In this document: piece after piece, positions 1-9,705 of the stretch
Layout of the letters: the number at the start of each line of letters is the position of its first letter
How positions within the stretch are numbered: position 1 is the first letter of the stretch
NCBI GenBank assembly: GCA_016186115.1
Contig: JACPMK010000002.1
Location: 340,323-395,297 of the forward strand
Direction of reading: 5' to 3'
Length of the DNA: 54,975 bases
From: Candidatus Wildermuthbacteria bacterium
GTDB taxonomy: Bacteria; Patescibacteriota; Minisyncoccia; Minisyncoccales; UBA10102
The notes under the pieces: model-generated
What the model was told of the DNA's origin: nothing
The model's database searches: none
What the model saw: the letters and a program-made list of their open reading frames with translations, nothing else
Translations under genes and position numbers: made by a program

Positions 1-929
1 TCTGTTCTTCCGGCTCCGCTCACTTCTATTGTGGCTTCAATTTTCTGCCGAGGTACAAGAACGGAATAGCTAACGAGCTTCAAAGTACGACTTGTGCCGT
101 CTTGAAGCGTATAGGTGTAACTTTCCCCTACTGCCAAATCAACTTTAGTTGGCCATCCTGATACACTGGGCGTCGGTGTTGGAGTTGGCGTAGGAGTTGG
201 TGTAGGTGTTGGGGTTGGGGTCGAGCTCGGCGTGGGAGTCGGAGTCGATGTCGGTGTTGGTGTTGGTGTTGGAGTAGGTGTGGGGGTTGGCGTAGGGGTT
301 GGCGTTGGAGATGCTCCGTCGGTTGTATACTCAATATGAAGCTTCGCAGCTTTGGTAGCATCCAAATCATAACTTGCCCATTCATGATATTCCCCTTGAA
401 CACCGCCAGTCCCATTTTCCAAAAGCACAATAGAATTTATTGCGCCATACGTGTCCACCAATTCCTGAACTCCCGCTACAAGAGAGGGACTCTGAATCCA
501 ATTGTTGGGATCTTGCGGACCCCAGTTCCAGTTTAATTGGAATGTTGTTTTGCTCGCCCAGCGATGATACGGAGAAGATCCCGAAGAAAATGTTGCAGGG
601 CTTGCCGATTTCTCAAGGGCAAGTACAGTTGGCGCATTGTAGCCCCAATTCTGTTGATTAAACTCTACGTAAGCAGCGGTAATGGTTGCACCAGCAGGAA
701 TAGTAAGATTTGTCCAGCGCCAGCCACCCCACGAAGGATTACTCTCTTGAGGAATGCCAGCATAAATATATTCTCCTGTACCGCTATACCCAAGCCATCC
801 TGTGGGATACACATGATATGCATCATCGCTGCTTGCAACCACTTGCGCATCCATGACTGCTGCCTGAACAGAAGATGACAAAAAAAAGATTCCGCTGAAT
901 AGCCAGACCGATAAAAGTAAAAATTTCAT
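1..929 (-). CDS. Secreted protein, partial (C-terminus beyond window edge): signal peptide, globular domain, Pro/Thr linker
   Basis: Absent from the ORF track because it runs off the edge. Manual reverse-complement translation from ATG 929..927 gives [29 protein letters not shown]... and stays open to position 1. ATGA start/stop overlap with 926..1537. A (PT)n run lies at about 170-310. Confidence 0.6.
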   Translation of the reverse strand, partial: MKFLLLSVWLFSGIFFLSSSVQAAVMDAQVVASSDDAYHVYPTGWLGYSGTGEYIYAGIPQESNPSWGGWRWTNLTIPAGATITAAYVEFNQQNWGYNAPTVLALEKSASPATFSSGSSPYHRWASKTTFQLNWNWGPQDPNNWIQSPSLVAGVQELVDTYGAINSIVLLENGTGGVQGEYHEWASYDLDATKAAKLHIEYTTDGASPTPTPTPTPTPTPTPTPTPTSTPTPTPSSTPTPTPTPTPTPTPTPTPSVSGWPTKVDLAVGESYTYTLQDGTSRTLKLVSYSVLVPRQKIEATIEVSGAGRT

Positions 930-1537
930 TCTTTTGATGTTTGAATTTTCCGTCGGAATACAAAGAAAAGAAGCACGGCAACAAGCGCAAACAGAAAGAG
1001 TATTCCTATTGTTATTTTTTCTTTGGTGAAATCAGCAGAAAAATTCTCTGGTAAAAAAGAAGCAAGAGATTGATTTCTTTTTCGCGGTGAATCATCAACT
1101 GCCAAAATATTTTTATCTTGCGGCGTTAAAGCCAATGAAGAAGGATCAACTGTAAACAATGCCGCCCCTGTTCCAATCTTCTTAAAATTAACTTTTGCGA
1201 TATGTGCGTCACCCTGAACACCGGGGGTAGGAGCCGATGCCTGAAGCCTAATAAGTCCTGTCCCATCTTCAAGAGAAGATGCCTCTTCCCACCAGTAAGG
1301 AAAATTGCTTTTATTTCTATTGATACTTTCCACTTCAACAAGAGATGGATCGAAATAAATGTAGGCCTTCACCGAAAGGATCGATTCTTCGGTTTTCAAT
1401 TCGATACTGGCTTCAAATTCATCCCCTACTGTCATTGAGGATTGATCCGGGGCATCAATAATAAACTGCGCTTCTTTTGCAAAAGCAGAATTCCACGGAA
1501 CAAAAATCAGTACGATTAATAAAAAAATAATTTGCAT
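926..1537 (-). CDS. Cohesin-like domain surface protein with N-terminal signal peptide and C-terminal TM anchor
   Basis: 203-aa ORF. Signal peptide [20 protein letters not shown]. Cohesin-like beta-sandwich signature ([48 protein letters not shown]). Hydrophobic C-terminal helix followed by RRK. Confidence 0.55.
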   Translation of the reverse strand: MQIIFLLIVLIFVPWNSAFAKEAQFIIDAPDQSSMTVGDEFEASIELKTEESILSVKAYIYFDPSLVEVESINRNKSNFPYWWEEASSLEDGTGLIRLQASAPTPGVQGDAHIAKVNFKKIGTGAALFTVDPSSLALTPQDKNILAVDDSPRKRNQSLASFLPENFSADFTKEKITIGILFLFALVAVLLFFVFRRKIQTSKE

Positions 1538-1570
1538 ACCATTCCAAGCTTCTACTGAAAGGCTTATACT

Positions 1571-1601
1571 ATTATACTCCTTTTTACGAGACTGTTGTCA
1601 A
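1571..1601 (-). promoter_or_regulatory. Possible sigma70-type promoter for 926..1537
   Basis: Minus strand reads TTGACA (1601..1596) and TATAAT (1576..1571), but the 19-nt spacer is suboptimal. Confidence 0.3.
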
Positions 1602-1659
1602 TATGAAAATTGTGCAAAACATTACTTGAGAAATAGAATCGCGATATTTTTTAAATTTT

Positions 1660-1698
1660 AAAAAAAAATCGCAGAAGATAGGGTTCTTATCCTCTGCG
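1660..1698 (-). terminator. Rho-independent terminator after the O-antigen-ligase-like gene
   Basis: Minus strand: CGCAGAGGATA-loop-TATCTTCTGCG (11-bp stem, 1 mismatch), followed by A and T9. Confidence 0.7.
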
Positions 1699-1775
1699 AA
1701 CTATAAAGATAGGGCGTTGCCGCGAAATTTCTCCAAATAAGCTCGAGGACTATATCGGATAGCATGTACCCCCCT

Positions 1776-4118
1776 CTATCGGCTCTCTGATGATTCCTTT
1801 GATTTTTGTATTTCCGGAGGATTCTCTACAATGGGTGGCTGCTCTTGTCGCGCAATGCCATCCAGAGCAGGACGGCCTATACTCAAATTTTGGAGAATTT
1901 TTTTAACTTCCTGATTATCCGGATTGGATTGGGCCACAGCAGAAAACTCTTCCCTTGCTTTATCCTTTTGGCCGAGACGATCATATACTAATCCAAGCAT
2001 ATACCGGGCATTGGCATAATCGGCATTAATGCCTTTTGCCCTTTCAAAAGTAGCTCTTGCCTTTTCAAATTCTCCTTTTTTCCAATACGCCACCCCGAGC
2101 TGAAAGACAATTCCAATATCATTGGGGTCGCTTGTTCTTGCCTGCTCGAGCGATGCAATGGCTTCATCGCTTTTCCCTTGCTGATCCAATGCCACCGCAA
2201 GAAGATAATGCGCTGAAGCATAAGAGGATTCCAAGTCAATTGCCTTTCTCAAGTTCTCAACGGCATTTGCCAAATAGGTGTTGCGCTGTTCTTCCAATTT
2301 TTTGTCAGATGACATTTGTTGGGCCGCAAGAATATATACGCGAGCCAATTCGGTCCAACTGTAAGGAGAAGATGGTTCGAGTTTTTTCGCCCGCTCATAG
2401 CTTTCGATTGCAAAGATATCGGCATTCTGAATTGATAAAATATTCCGGAAGAGATAGCCACGCACATTCCAGTTGGCAACATTCGCTGGTACTTTCTCAA
2501 CGGCATTTCTTGTGGCATCGGTTGCCTTTTCAAGAGCGGCGTTGATTTGCCGCTGTTTTTCGTCTGCGGAAAGATCGCTGTTTGCCGCAATCTGATTAAT
2601 TCGCGAGAGATAGAGTTGAGCAAGATCTCTCAAATAATTATCTTGAGAAGCATTGAGAGAAGCGGCCTTTGCAACATACGAAATCGCTTTCTCTATATTC
2701 ATATCGCGCGCCTCTTGAAGTCCTTTCGCGTACAGAATCTCTGCACGATACTGCTGTCCCGTAATGAAAAGAAGTCCGAATCCGAAGATGGCCACAAATA
2801 AAAAGAAAAAGGAAAAAATAGGAGAAAGCACCGGAGAGGAACTAAAAGACAGTGTCCATTCTCCCCTGCTTGTCAGCCATGCAAATGATGCGAGAAGAAT
2901 CCAAAAAAGAAACCAAAGAAGAAAATTCGCCGGATACAAAAATTGAGCAACAATAAGTGCGGTAAACGAAGAAAACACTCCAAGAGTCATCATCCAAGAG
3001 TCGCCCCCCGAAGAAGCGATAAGTTTTCGTATCCCCACCCAAAGCACCGCAACAAAAAGAAAAAGAAGTGTCGCGCCGCCAACTACACCTTTTGTTGTAA
3101 CCCAGTCCAGAACTTCAGAAGCGCCGCTCGTCAAACGCAGCCCCCAGAATACTTTCTTATTGACTTCTGGAGAATGAAATTGCGAATAATCATACACAAA
3201 AGTTCCGGGACCCGATCCAAAGAGCATATGCTCCTTCAGGGCGCTCTGCGCGATCTCAATGCCATACTTTTGAGCAAGCACCGGCTCTCTTGGAATAGAC
3301 GGAATTCCCGGGATCGAGAAATGAAAAATTGCAAAGAACAACGCAACAATTAAAAAAGCTATTGGGAAAGAAATCCATTCAAATCCAGCATGCTTTCTGA
3401 CGTCCATCATGCCGAATCCCAAAAGTAAGACCAGTCCTATACTCAATACAACCCATGCCGCAAAAAGATTAACGAGTGCTACCCCCGCGAAAAGAACAAA
3501 AGAAATCCCAAGGAACAGCCATCGCATGCGAGATTGGAAATGAAATGCTAAGGCGAGGGCTAAGGGCGTCAGAATTGCTGCAACAAGGGCCCCAATGCTC
3601 AAGAGGCCAATGGTATTGAAAAGCGGATTCTGGGCAAAGGAAAAGGGAAGCGCAAAAATATGAAAGAACTGGAGCATCGCGAAAACCATTGCGATACCCA
3701 CTGATAAAAGAAGAATAAAAAGAAGAATCGCAAGCTGTTTTTGCTCTGAAATACTTTGTACCAAAAGGAAATATAAAAAGAAAAATGCGAGGAACGAAAA
3801 AAGCCCTTCTGCAACATCCAGAGGAAGCCCCCAAAAACTTCCGGAAGGGAAAAGAGAAAATACGGTTGATATGCCCACTGCAACCAACAAAAGGAGAACG
3901 GGGATATGAAGGAAATTCAAGCGAAACTGCACTTTTCTTTTTTGAATGGCGCGAATAAACCAAAGCACAACTCCAAGAAATGCAAGACCAACCAATACTA
4001 TCTGCTTCTGGTACTCAAGCATATCTTGAGTAAAAGGAAGAGACCACAAGGGCAAGAGTAGGGTTAAAAGATATACAATTCCTCTCGGGAGACGATCGAA
4101 AAATACGGCTGCTTTCAT
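1776..4118 (-). CDS. O-antigen ligase/polymerase-like (Wzy_C-type) polytopic membrane protein with C-terminal TPR repeats
   Basis: 780-aa ORF. About 12 hydrophobic helices and an FGSGPGTF loop typical of O-antigen ligase-like proteins. The C-terminal ~300 aa carry repeated TPR-like A..Y..LA/G...G motifs. Confidence 0.75.
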   Translation of the reverse strand: MKAAVFFDRLPRGIVYLLTLLLPLWSLPFTQDMLEYQKQIVLVGLAFLGVVLWFIRAIQKRKVQFRLNFLHIPVLLLLVAVGISTVFSLFPSGSFWGLPLDVAEGLFSFLAFFFLYFLLVQSISEQKQLAILLFILLLSVGIAMVFAMLQFFHIFALPFSFAQNPLFNTIGLLSIGALVAAILTPLALALAFHFQSRMRWLFLGISFVLFAGVALVNLFAAWVVLSIGLVLLLGFGMMDVRKHAGFEWISFPIAFLIVALFFAIFHFSIPGIPSIPREPVLAQKYGIEIAQSALKEHMLFGSGPGTFVYDYSQFHSPEVNKKVFWGLRLTSGASEVLDWVTTKGVVGGATLLFLFVAVLWVGIRKLIASSGGDSWMMTLGVFSSFTALIVAQFLYPANFLLWFLFWILLASFAWLTSRGEWTLSFSSSPVLSPIFSFFFLFVAIFGFGLLFITGQQYRAEILYAKGLQEARDMNIEKAISYVAKAASLNASQDNYLRDLAQLYLSRINQIAANSDLSADEKQRQINAALEKATDATRNAVEKVPANVANWNVRGYLFRNILSIQNADIFAIESYERAKKLEPSSPYSWTELARVYILAAQQMSSDKKLEEQRNTYLANAVENLRKAIDLESSYASAHYLLAVALDQQGKSDEAIASLEQARTSDPNDIGIVFQLGVAYWKKGEFEKARATFERAKGINADYANARYMLGLVYDRLGQKDKAREEFSAVAQSNPDNQEVKKILQNLSIGRPALDGIARQEQPPIVENPPEIQKSKESSESR

Positions 4119-4144
4119 AATTACTTCTTGATTACTTTTTGAGA

Positions 4145-7100
4145 TTACTGATTATGAAGATCCGGAGATGATACTTCTTGCGCTGGGCTGGGTCCGCCAG
4201 CTGGTGGAGCAGTTGGTTCTGGAATTGGTTCTAGCGTTGGTTCAACTGATGGAGTAGGGCTGACTTCTGGTGTTGGGACTGGCATAGATATGGAGGTAGG
4301 CGTGGGTGCAGGTTCCTCGACTGGTGAAGGCGCGGGAGTTGGGGTTGGTACAGAAGTTGGGCTTGGAGTAATAGTGGGCGATGGCATGGGAGTTGACTCA
4401 AGAGTTGCCTCTGGCGTTGGGGCTGGCGCAGGCGTAATGGTCGGTTCCTCGACTGGGGAAGACGTGGGGGTTGGATTTGCGGCATTGTCGGCTGGTTCCT
4501 CGTCCTCTTGGGCCGGCTCTTCTATCGGAGGAGTTGACGTAGGGATTGGAGTCGGAGTTGGGGTTACTTCAGGAGTCGGCTCTGGCGTCGGCTGGTTTTC
4601 TTCGTGATACACGGGAACCTGATCCACCACAATGGGCTGGCCATTGAGATATTGAACCTTATCGCATTCTCCGCGGACTTTTCTCCATTCTCCATTTTCA
4701 ATCCACGTGCAGTAGGCCTCTCCTGTCGCGCTGTCAACCATTTCTAATTTTTCTATTTTTGCGGTCTTTACGGATATTCTATCGAATAGCCACTCCCCTG
4801 CTGTTTGAATGCTGCCGGTAAAACTCGCAATAGTTTGTTTGATATTCTCATTGAAACTCCCAAGAAATGCTCCGAAAAGATTTTCTTTATTTTCTTGCTG
4901 CTTTGTATCTTGAAACAATGCTGCGGTATCCATTGATCCCAATGACCAGTGAGGATTTACAAATATAAGCACTTTGCCGTCTATGCTCTTTTCGTCATAG
5001 GGCTCTAGCGCAATTCCAATCACTCTGCCCGGTTGTGTTGCCTTCATTGCAACTCCGGGTGTTGAGGAAGACGTAAGATAATCGCCTGCTGCAATAGACC
5101 CGTTCTCCAAAGAAACCTTCACTTTTACGCGGCCGTTCAGAGCAACTGGCAAAGGACTATCTTCGGTTTTAATATTATACCCAATGCTGTTAAAATCGCC
5201 TGCATCGCTGGGATTCGAAATAACGCCAATAATATTTTGTTGATACGCTTCCGAGCTTTTCACGAGTTTTGCAAGCTGACTACCGGTCGTAGTTGTCGTG
5301 AGATCCTGCCCCGGCGCTATAACATCGCCTGGTTCCACTCCTTCTCTTGTTGCATACATTTCCATATAGTCAGCAGTTACCGAACCCACGCAATCCTGAA
5401 TCTGCGAGGCGCCAGAAGCATCCCAGCACAACGCATTGGTATAGCTGCCCCCGGTGCCGAACACCGCGGTAATATTTCCATCCGAATCCACGCTGAATAC
5501 TTCGGCAGGGGCAGAATCAAGTATCTGAAACTTGCTCGCTCCTGCCGCATCAAGCAATTGAATAGAGCTATTACCAGAAGCTCCCGACATATCGATAGAC
5601 ATATAGGTAACACTGCTTTTTGAAAGTTCGAACTTGGTAGGAGCATCAATCACGAGATATGGCTCTCCGCTTTCGGAGACAACAGCAAAATCAATTTCTC
5701 CGGCAAGAGCACCTGAGAGCAAAGTCAACGCAGGAAATGCCACCGTAGTGCCCGGCGTTACAATACGTACTCCCCCATCGCTTCCTGTTCCATTGAATAC
5801 CCAGCCGCCAGCAACCGAAGTTGAAAAATCCGAAGTGCTGGTATTGGGAATGTAAGGGCCGGGAGACGATGCCTGCTCAAACTGTGCACCCCATGCATAA
5901 AAAGAATCGTCTGCAGTTGAGCTCGCGTTAATATTTAAAGTCATCTGGGTGGTGCCCGTAGAACCAGTGTGCGTAACCCAATATCTTCTCCAGTTTGTGG
6001 GAAGAGTAATTGTAGTTGTAGTTGTGGCAGGGCTACTCCCATTATCAGTAAGATCAATGGAAATCGTTGTTCCGGCAGCCACGTTGTTATTTTTAATCCA
6101 TATACTGAATGTCCATGTTTCTGAAGCATCGGCATCGGTTTCGATTTGAGAAGCAGTTCCGTTGGCAGAAGTATGATTCACTCTATCTGCGTATAGCATG
6201 CCATTTGGAGCAGCGATTGCATTATTAGTTACCGTAACCCCAGTAAGAGTCCAGCTTCCAATTGCTTCGCTGTTGTTTGCCTGATTCTCCAGTCGCCCGA
6301 ATCCGCCAAGGGGAGTCATGAGAGTGCCGCCGTGCATGAGAAAATCGTTGGTGTCGGCAAGCGTAAGTTCAACTTCTGGGTTCGTTGTTCCAATTCCCAC
6401 ATTGCCTCCGAAATAAGAATCTCCGGCATTCACCGCAAGCGACAAGGCATCAGTAATGGTCACTGATCCTCCCGCGCTTGGCGCACCCGCAATGGTCAGG
6501 GTTGCTGCCTTGTCCACGGTTACCGAAGAAGAATCTGTAATCGTTGGGACGTTAATCAATATGGAATCCATCTGGCTTGTCACCTGTGTGGTGCCGGTAA
6601 GAGTGATGGTAGGTGGGGTGACTGTCAATGTCGTATATTCTGCGCCTGCAGCAGAAGCAATGGTGGGGGCTGTTCCTGCCTTAAGCGTTAAGGCAGAGAC
6701 CGCTGACGTAGCTGTCCTTGTATCTAAAACGAAGTATGCATTTGTGCCATCGGTGATATCAAGGGCTGCAGCAGTGTTGGAAGCTGTAATAATATCAAGT
6801 GCGGCTCCCGAAAATGTGAGGTTGCCAGTAAGCGTGAGGCCCGTAAACTGCGGAGATGCACTTGTTCGAATATCCTGAATCGTATCGAGTGTAGTCGTGG
6901 TGATAGCAATACTATTCCCCGGAGCCAACCACGTTACTGCGCTTTCGCTATCATCCCAGAAAAGAATCCTATCCGCATTAGGATCGGTCAATGAGGCGCC
7001 AGTTCCACCATCAGCCAATGCAACATCGGTTCCACCTGCACGATACACATAATTTCCGCCAATTGTAACTGCTGTAGGAATATCAGTAGCAATAGAAGGA

Positions 7101-9625
7101 ATGCCTGTTGCCCCAGTTACCAATATTCCGTTATTGCCAGTAGTCAAACCGCTGACAGTATTTGCTGCAGAAGAATAAAGAATTTGATTAATGGTAGTAG
7201 TTGCGGGGTAGGTCGCAGTTGACCACGAGGGAGCTGCACTTGAACCAGATAACAAAACTTGATTGGCGGTAGCAGTTCCCGAAAGAATTGCCAGGGCTGA
7301 AGCTCCGGAATAGACAATGCCACCGGTTGAAGCGGTTAAGGCCGCTCCCGTACCTCCATTGCCAAGGGTTAATGCAGAAGAAAGGGTGAGGGCTGCAAAA
7401 GTTGGAGAAGAAGTTGTAAGCACGTTTTGGTCCATGTCATACAACTCATTCGCGCCCTGACCAGTATCAATGGTAGCAAAGGTTACAGCAGCTGTGGTCT
7501 TTACTGACTGATCAAACCAGTCGTTAAGAGTAACATCTCCGTTAATGGTGATAGTTCTCGCGGCATCTCCTGTGGTTATTGTAAGATTGCGGTCGGCAGT
7601 TAAGTTAGAACCGGGGACAATTACCAAATCATGGGATGCGTCGGTATCCAAAATATGAAGACCGGCATTGAGAGCAGTGACGATAGCATTGTCAATGGAA
7701 AACGTGGGCGTGTTCCCTGCGGTCAATGTTACGAACGTGGTGTAGGCTGCTCCATCAACATCGTATGCCTGCAATACAAGGGTGTTATCGACAGATGTGC
7801 TGGTGCGCAACGCCCCGGCTGTGCCCAATGTAAGGTTCCCAAAAGTAACCGAGGAAGATGTCGCGATGCTTTGTGGCAAGGAAAGGGTTACGTTTCCGTT
7901 AGCTCCCCCGTCGGTAACAGTAATTTGATTTGCTGTTCCTGTCAGAATACGTTCGGCAGAAAGGGTTGAATCTGCAGCGAGTAACACGTATTGGGCATCT
8001 GTTGGAGCTCCTCCTGAAGCCGAAACCGTTGTCCAACTCAAAGTTCCAGAACCATTTGTCGTCAAAACCTGGTTGCTCGTGCCGTCAGCGCTCGGCAGAG
8101 TCCAAATCACATTGCTGGCAATGGAATCAGGGGCCTTAAACCCGATATAATTTGTCCCATTGGCTGCAAGCTCGAGAAGTCGCACCTCTCCAGTATTGCC
8201 TGTGGAAGTGCTGAAGGGATCAATCTGCAACGCAGCGGCAGCTGATGGCGTCAGATGCAGTAAACTGCTCGGACTTGCATTTCCAATCCCAATTCTGTTG
8301 TTGGAAGCGTCTATATATAATGTATTGGAGTCGATGTTGAGGGAATTTTGGAGAGAGACCGTTGAGGCATTAATGGTGATCGAATCTGCTGCTGCGTCGC
8401 CAAGAGTCGTAGTCCCAGTACTGCTTATGCCAGCCGCTGAAACGCTTCCCGAAGTGCTGATATTACCAGCATTGCTCACCGTGAGATTTCCACTCCCGAT
8501 ATTCAAAGAAGCGAAATTCCCCGCTATATCCAATTTTGTGTTCGGAACATCTGCTATTGCAAAAGAACCCAAACTAAATCCTCCTCCTGCTCCCTGCTCA
8601 CCCGTTGGCCCTTGTGGTCCCACTGCTCCCTGCGGCCCCTGTTGCCCCGCCGGTCCTTGCGGGCCTTGAGGGCCTGCCGGGCCTTGTGGCCCCGGCACTC
8701 GTTGCATAATTTTTATTTCTGCCATCTCTCCTTCTAGGGTACTAATCTTTTGCTCAAGTGTGCTTGGGGAAACAGTTGGTATAGGAGTAGATATAAAAGT
8801 GGGGGTAGGCGTTGTGTCGACGGCTATCCTTTGCGCAATTTGTTTTTGTTTTATAGAAGTAGCAGAAGGAGAAGGTCTAGAAACAGATGCGGTATTTGGC
8901 GAAAAAGCATTTTGAAATTTTTGACTTGCTTTGTGAACAAGATCACCAACTGATCCCACTAATGTATAATTACCAGAAGAAATACTAGCAATATTGGCTT
9001 GCGCATTATCATCAAGTTGCTGGACAATTGTATTTGCTGAACGAGCAAAATGCGCTGCGTATTTTTCAGTGTTCTTTCCAAATTTTTGCACTACGTCATT
9101 GAGTACTTGCGCCACATCTAACGTGGCTCGTACGATTTGTCTTGAGTAATCATATGTTTGAAAAAGCACATTTCCTGCTTCCTGCGGCGTTGGAACAACT
9201 GCATTAATCGAACTCCAGTTAAATTTTGTAGCTCCGGCGCCCATGCCGACAAATACCAAGAATACCAGAGAAGTAATTCCAATTCGCAATAATTTTGCAA
9301 AATCCATTATTGTGCCGCGAGACAGTGGAGTATTTTCTTTCTGTTCTTTTGGAATTGCTAAAGTTTCTGTGGGGAGATTTTCTGGAGGAGGAGCGAGCTT
9401 TAAAATTTTTGGAGTGATTGGTTTTTGAAGTTGTTTTTCCTCTAGCTCTTTTTTATAACCCTCTGCTTTTTGAATGTACTCAAGAAGCCATTCCTTTGTC
9501 GTAAACCATGTCTTGCCTTTTTTTATTGCGTTCAATTTTCCTTGTCTTGCGCGCAAACTCAAATACTCTTGCGAGTAGTCGCAATATTGGGTTGCCTGCT
9601 GAAGAGAGATATGCATTTCTTCCAT
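4145..9625 (-). CDS. Giant membrane-anchored fibre protein: N-terminal HTH, TM helix, coiled coil, collagen-like Gly-X-Y, S/T/A/G-rich fibre, peptidase-G2/IMC-like domain, Pro/Thr tail
   Basis: ORF 4145..9646 (GTG). ATG 9625 is the likelier start. HTH-like ISLQQATQYCDYSQEYLSLRARQGKLNAIKKGKTWFTTKEWLLEYI. TM segment LLRIGITSLVFLVFVGMGAGA. 13 G-X-Y triplets. TADYMEMYATREGVEPGDVI...NGRVKVKVSLENGSIAAGDYLTSSSTPGVAMKA. C-terminal PT-rich ~150 aa. Confidence 0.85.
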   Translation of the reverse strand: MEEMHISLQQATQYCDYSQEYLSLRARQGKLNAIKKGKTWFTTKEWLLEYIQKAEGYKKELEEKQLQKPITPKILKLAPPPENLPTETLAIPKEQKENTPLSRGTIMDFAKLLRIGITSLVFLVFVGMGAGATKFNWSSINAVVPTPQEAGNVLFQTYDYSRQIVRATLDVAQVLNDVVQKFGKNTEKYAAHFARSANTIVQQLDDNAQANIASISSGNYTLVGSVGDLVHKASQKFQNAFSPNTASVSRPSPSATSIKQKQIAQRIAVDTTPTPTFISTPIPTVSPSTLEQKISTLEGEMAEIKIMQRVPGPQGPAGPQGPQGPAGQQGPQGAVGPQGPTGEQGAGGGFSLGSFAIADVPNTKLDIAGNFASLNIGSGNLTVSNAGNISTSGSVSAAGISSTGTTTLGDAAADSITINASTVSLQNSLNIDSNTLYIDASNNRIGIGNASPSSLLHLTPSAAAALQIDPFSTSTGNTGEVRLLELAANGTNYIGFKAPDSIASNVIWTLPSADGTSNQVLTTNGSGTLSWTTVSASGGAPTDAQYVLLAADSTLSAERILTGTANQITVTDGGANGNVTLSLPQSIATSSSVTFGNLTLGTAGALRTSTSVDNTLVLQAYDVDGAAYTTFVTLTAGNTPTFSIDNAIVTALNAGLHILDTDASHDLVIVPGSNLTADRNLTITTGDAARTITINGDVTLNDWFDQSVKTTAAVTFATIDTGQGANELYDMDQNVLTTSSPTFAALTLSSALTLGNGGTGAALTASTGGIVYSGASALAILSGTATANQVLLSGSSAAPSWSTATYPATTTINQILYSSAANTVSGLTTGNNGILVTGATGIPSIATDIPTAVTIGGNYVYRAGGTDVALADGGTGASLTDPNADRILFWDDSESAVTWLAPGNSIAITTTTLDTIQDIRTSASPQFTGLTLTGNLTFSGAALDIITASNTAAALDITDGTNAYFVLDTRTATSAVSALTLKAGTAPTIASAAGAEYTTLTVTPPTITLTGTTQVTSQMDSILINVPTITDSSSVTVDKAATLTIAGAPSAGGSVTITDALSLAVNAGDSYFGGNVGIGTTNPEVELTLADTNDFLMHGGTLMTPLGGFGRLENQANNSEAIGSWTLTGVTVTNNAIAAPNGMLYADRVNHTSANGTASQIETDADASETWTFSIWIKNNNVAAGTTISIDLTDNGSSPATTTTTITLPTNWRRYWVTHTGSTGTTQMTLNINASSTADDSFYAWGAQFEQASSPGPYIPNTSTSDFSTSVAGGWVFNGTGSDGGVRIVTPGTTVAFPALTLLSGALAGEIDFAVVSESGEPYLVIDAPTKFELSKSSVTYMSIDMSGASGNSSIQLLDAAGASKFQILDSAPAEVFSVDSDGNITAVFGTGGSYTNALCWDASGASQIQDCVGSVTADYMEMYATREGVEPGDVIAPGQDLTTTTTGSQLAKLVKSSEAYQQNIIGVISNPSDAGDFNSIGYNIKTEDSPLPVALNGRVKVKVSLENGSIAAGDYLTSSSTPGVAMKATQPGRVIGIALEPYDEKSIDGKVLIFVNPHWSLGSMDTAALFQDTKQQENKENLFGAFLGSFNENIKQTIASFTGSIQTAGEWLFDRISVKTAKIEKLEMVDSATGEAYCTWIENGEWRKVRGECDKVQYLNGQPIVVDQVPVYHEENQPTPEPTPEVTPTPTPIPTSTPPIEEPAQEDEEPADNAANPTPTSSPVEEPTITPAPAPTPEATLESTPMPSPTITPSPTSVPTPTPAPSPVEEPAPTPTSISMPVPTPEVSPTPSVEPTLEPIPEPTAPPAGGPSPAQEVSSPDLHNQ
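8579..8695 (-). repeat. Collagen-like Gly-X-Y triplet repeat (13 triplets) inside the giant CDS
   Basis: Translates to PGPQGPAGPQGPQGPAGQQGPQGAVGPQGPTGEQGAGGG, preceded by the heptad-like stretch LEQKISTLEGEMAEIKIM. Confidence 0.85.
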
Positions 9626-9656
9626 AATAAAAACAAAACGATACACCTGTTATTCA

Positions 9657-9685
9657 ATTATCGTAAAAGTAGAGGTAAGAGTCAA
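9657..9685 (-). promoter_or_regulatory. Putative promoter of the giant fibre gene
   Basis: Minus strand: TTGACT (9685..9680), 17 nt, GATAAT (9662..9657), about 30 nt upstream of ATG 9625. Confidence 0.45.
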
Positions 9686-9705
9686 ACCTCTCCCTGTGTA
9701 TAACT

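Noticed and set aside
128-430. 100-aa minus-strand ORF rich in H/Q/P/R/L
   Set aside because: It is an alternative frame of the (PT)n linker region of the real edge-truncated gene 1..929. Its composition is a repeat artefact.
2781-2797. TCCGAA TCCGAAG tandem inside the O-antigen-ligase-like gene, as another heptamer array
   Set aside because: There are only two units, and they encode an ordinary hydrophobic FGFGLL segment, which is compatible with chance.
4290-4607. Plus-strand ORF made of GVGAG-type repeats, and similar ORFs at 8160..8669 and 6456..6878
   Set aside because: These are antisense or out-of-frame readings of the PT tail, collagen triplets and low-complexity fibre region of the 1826-aa gene. 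They have no independent signals.
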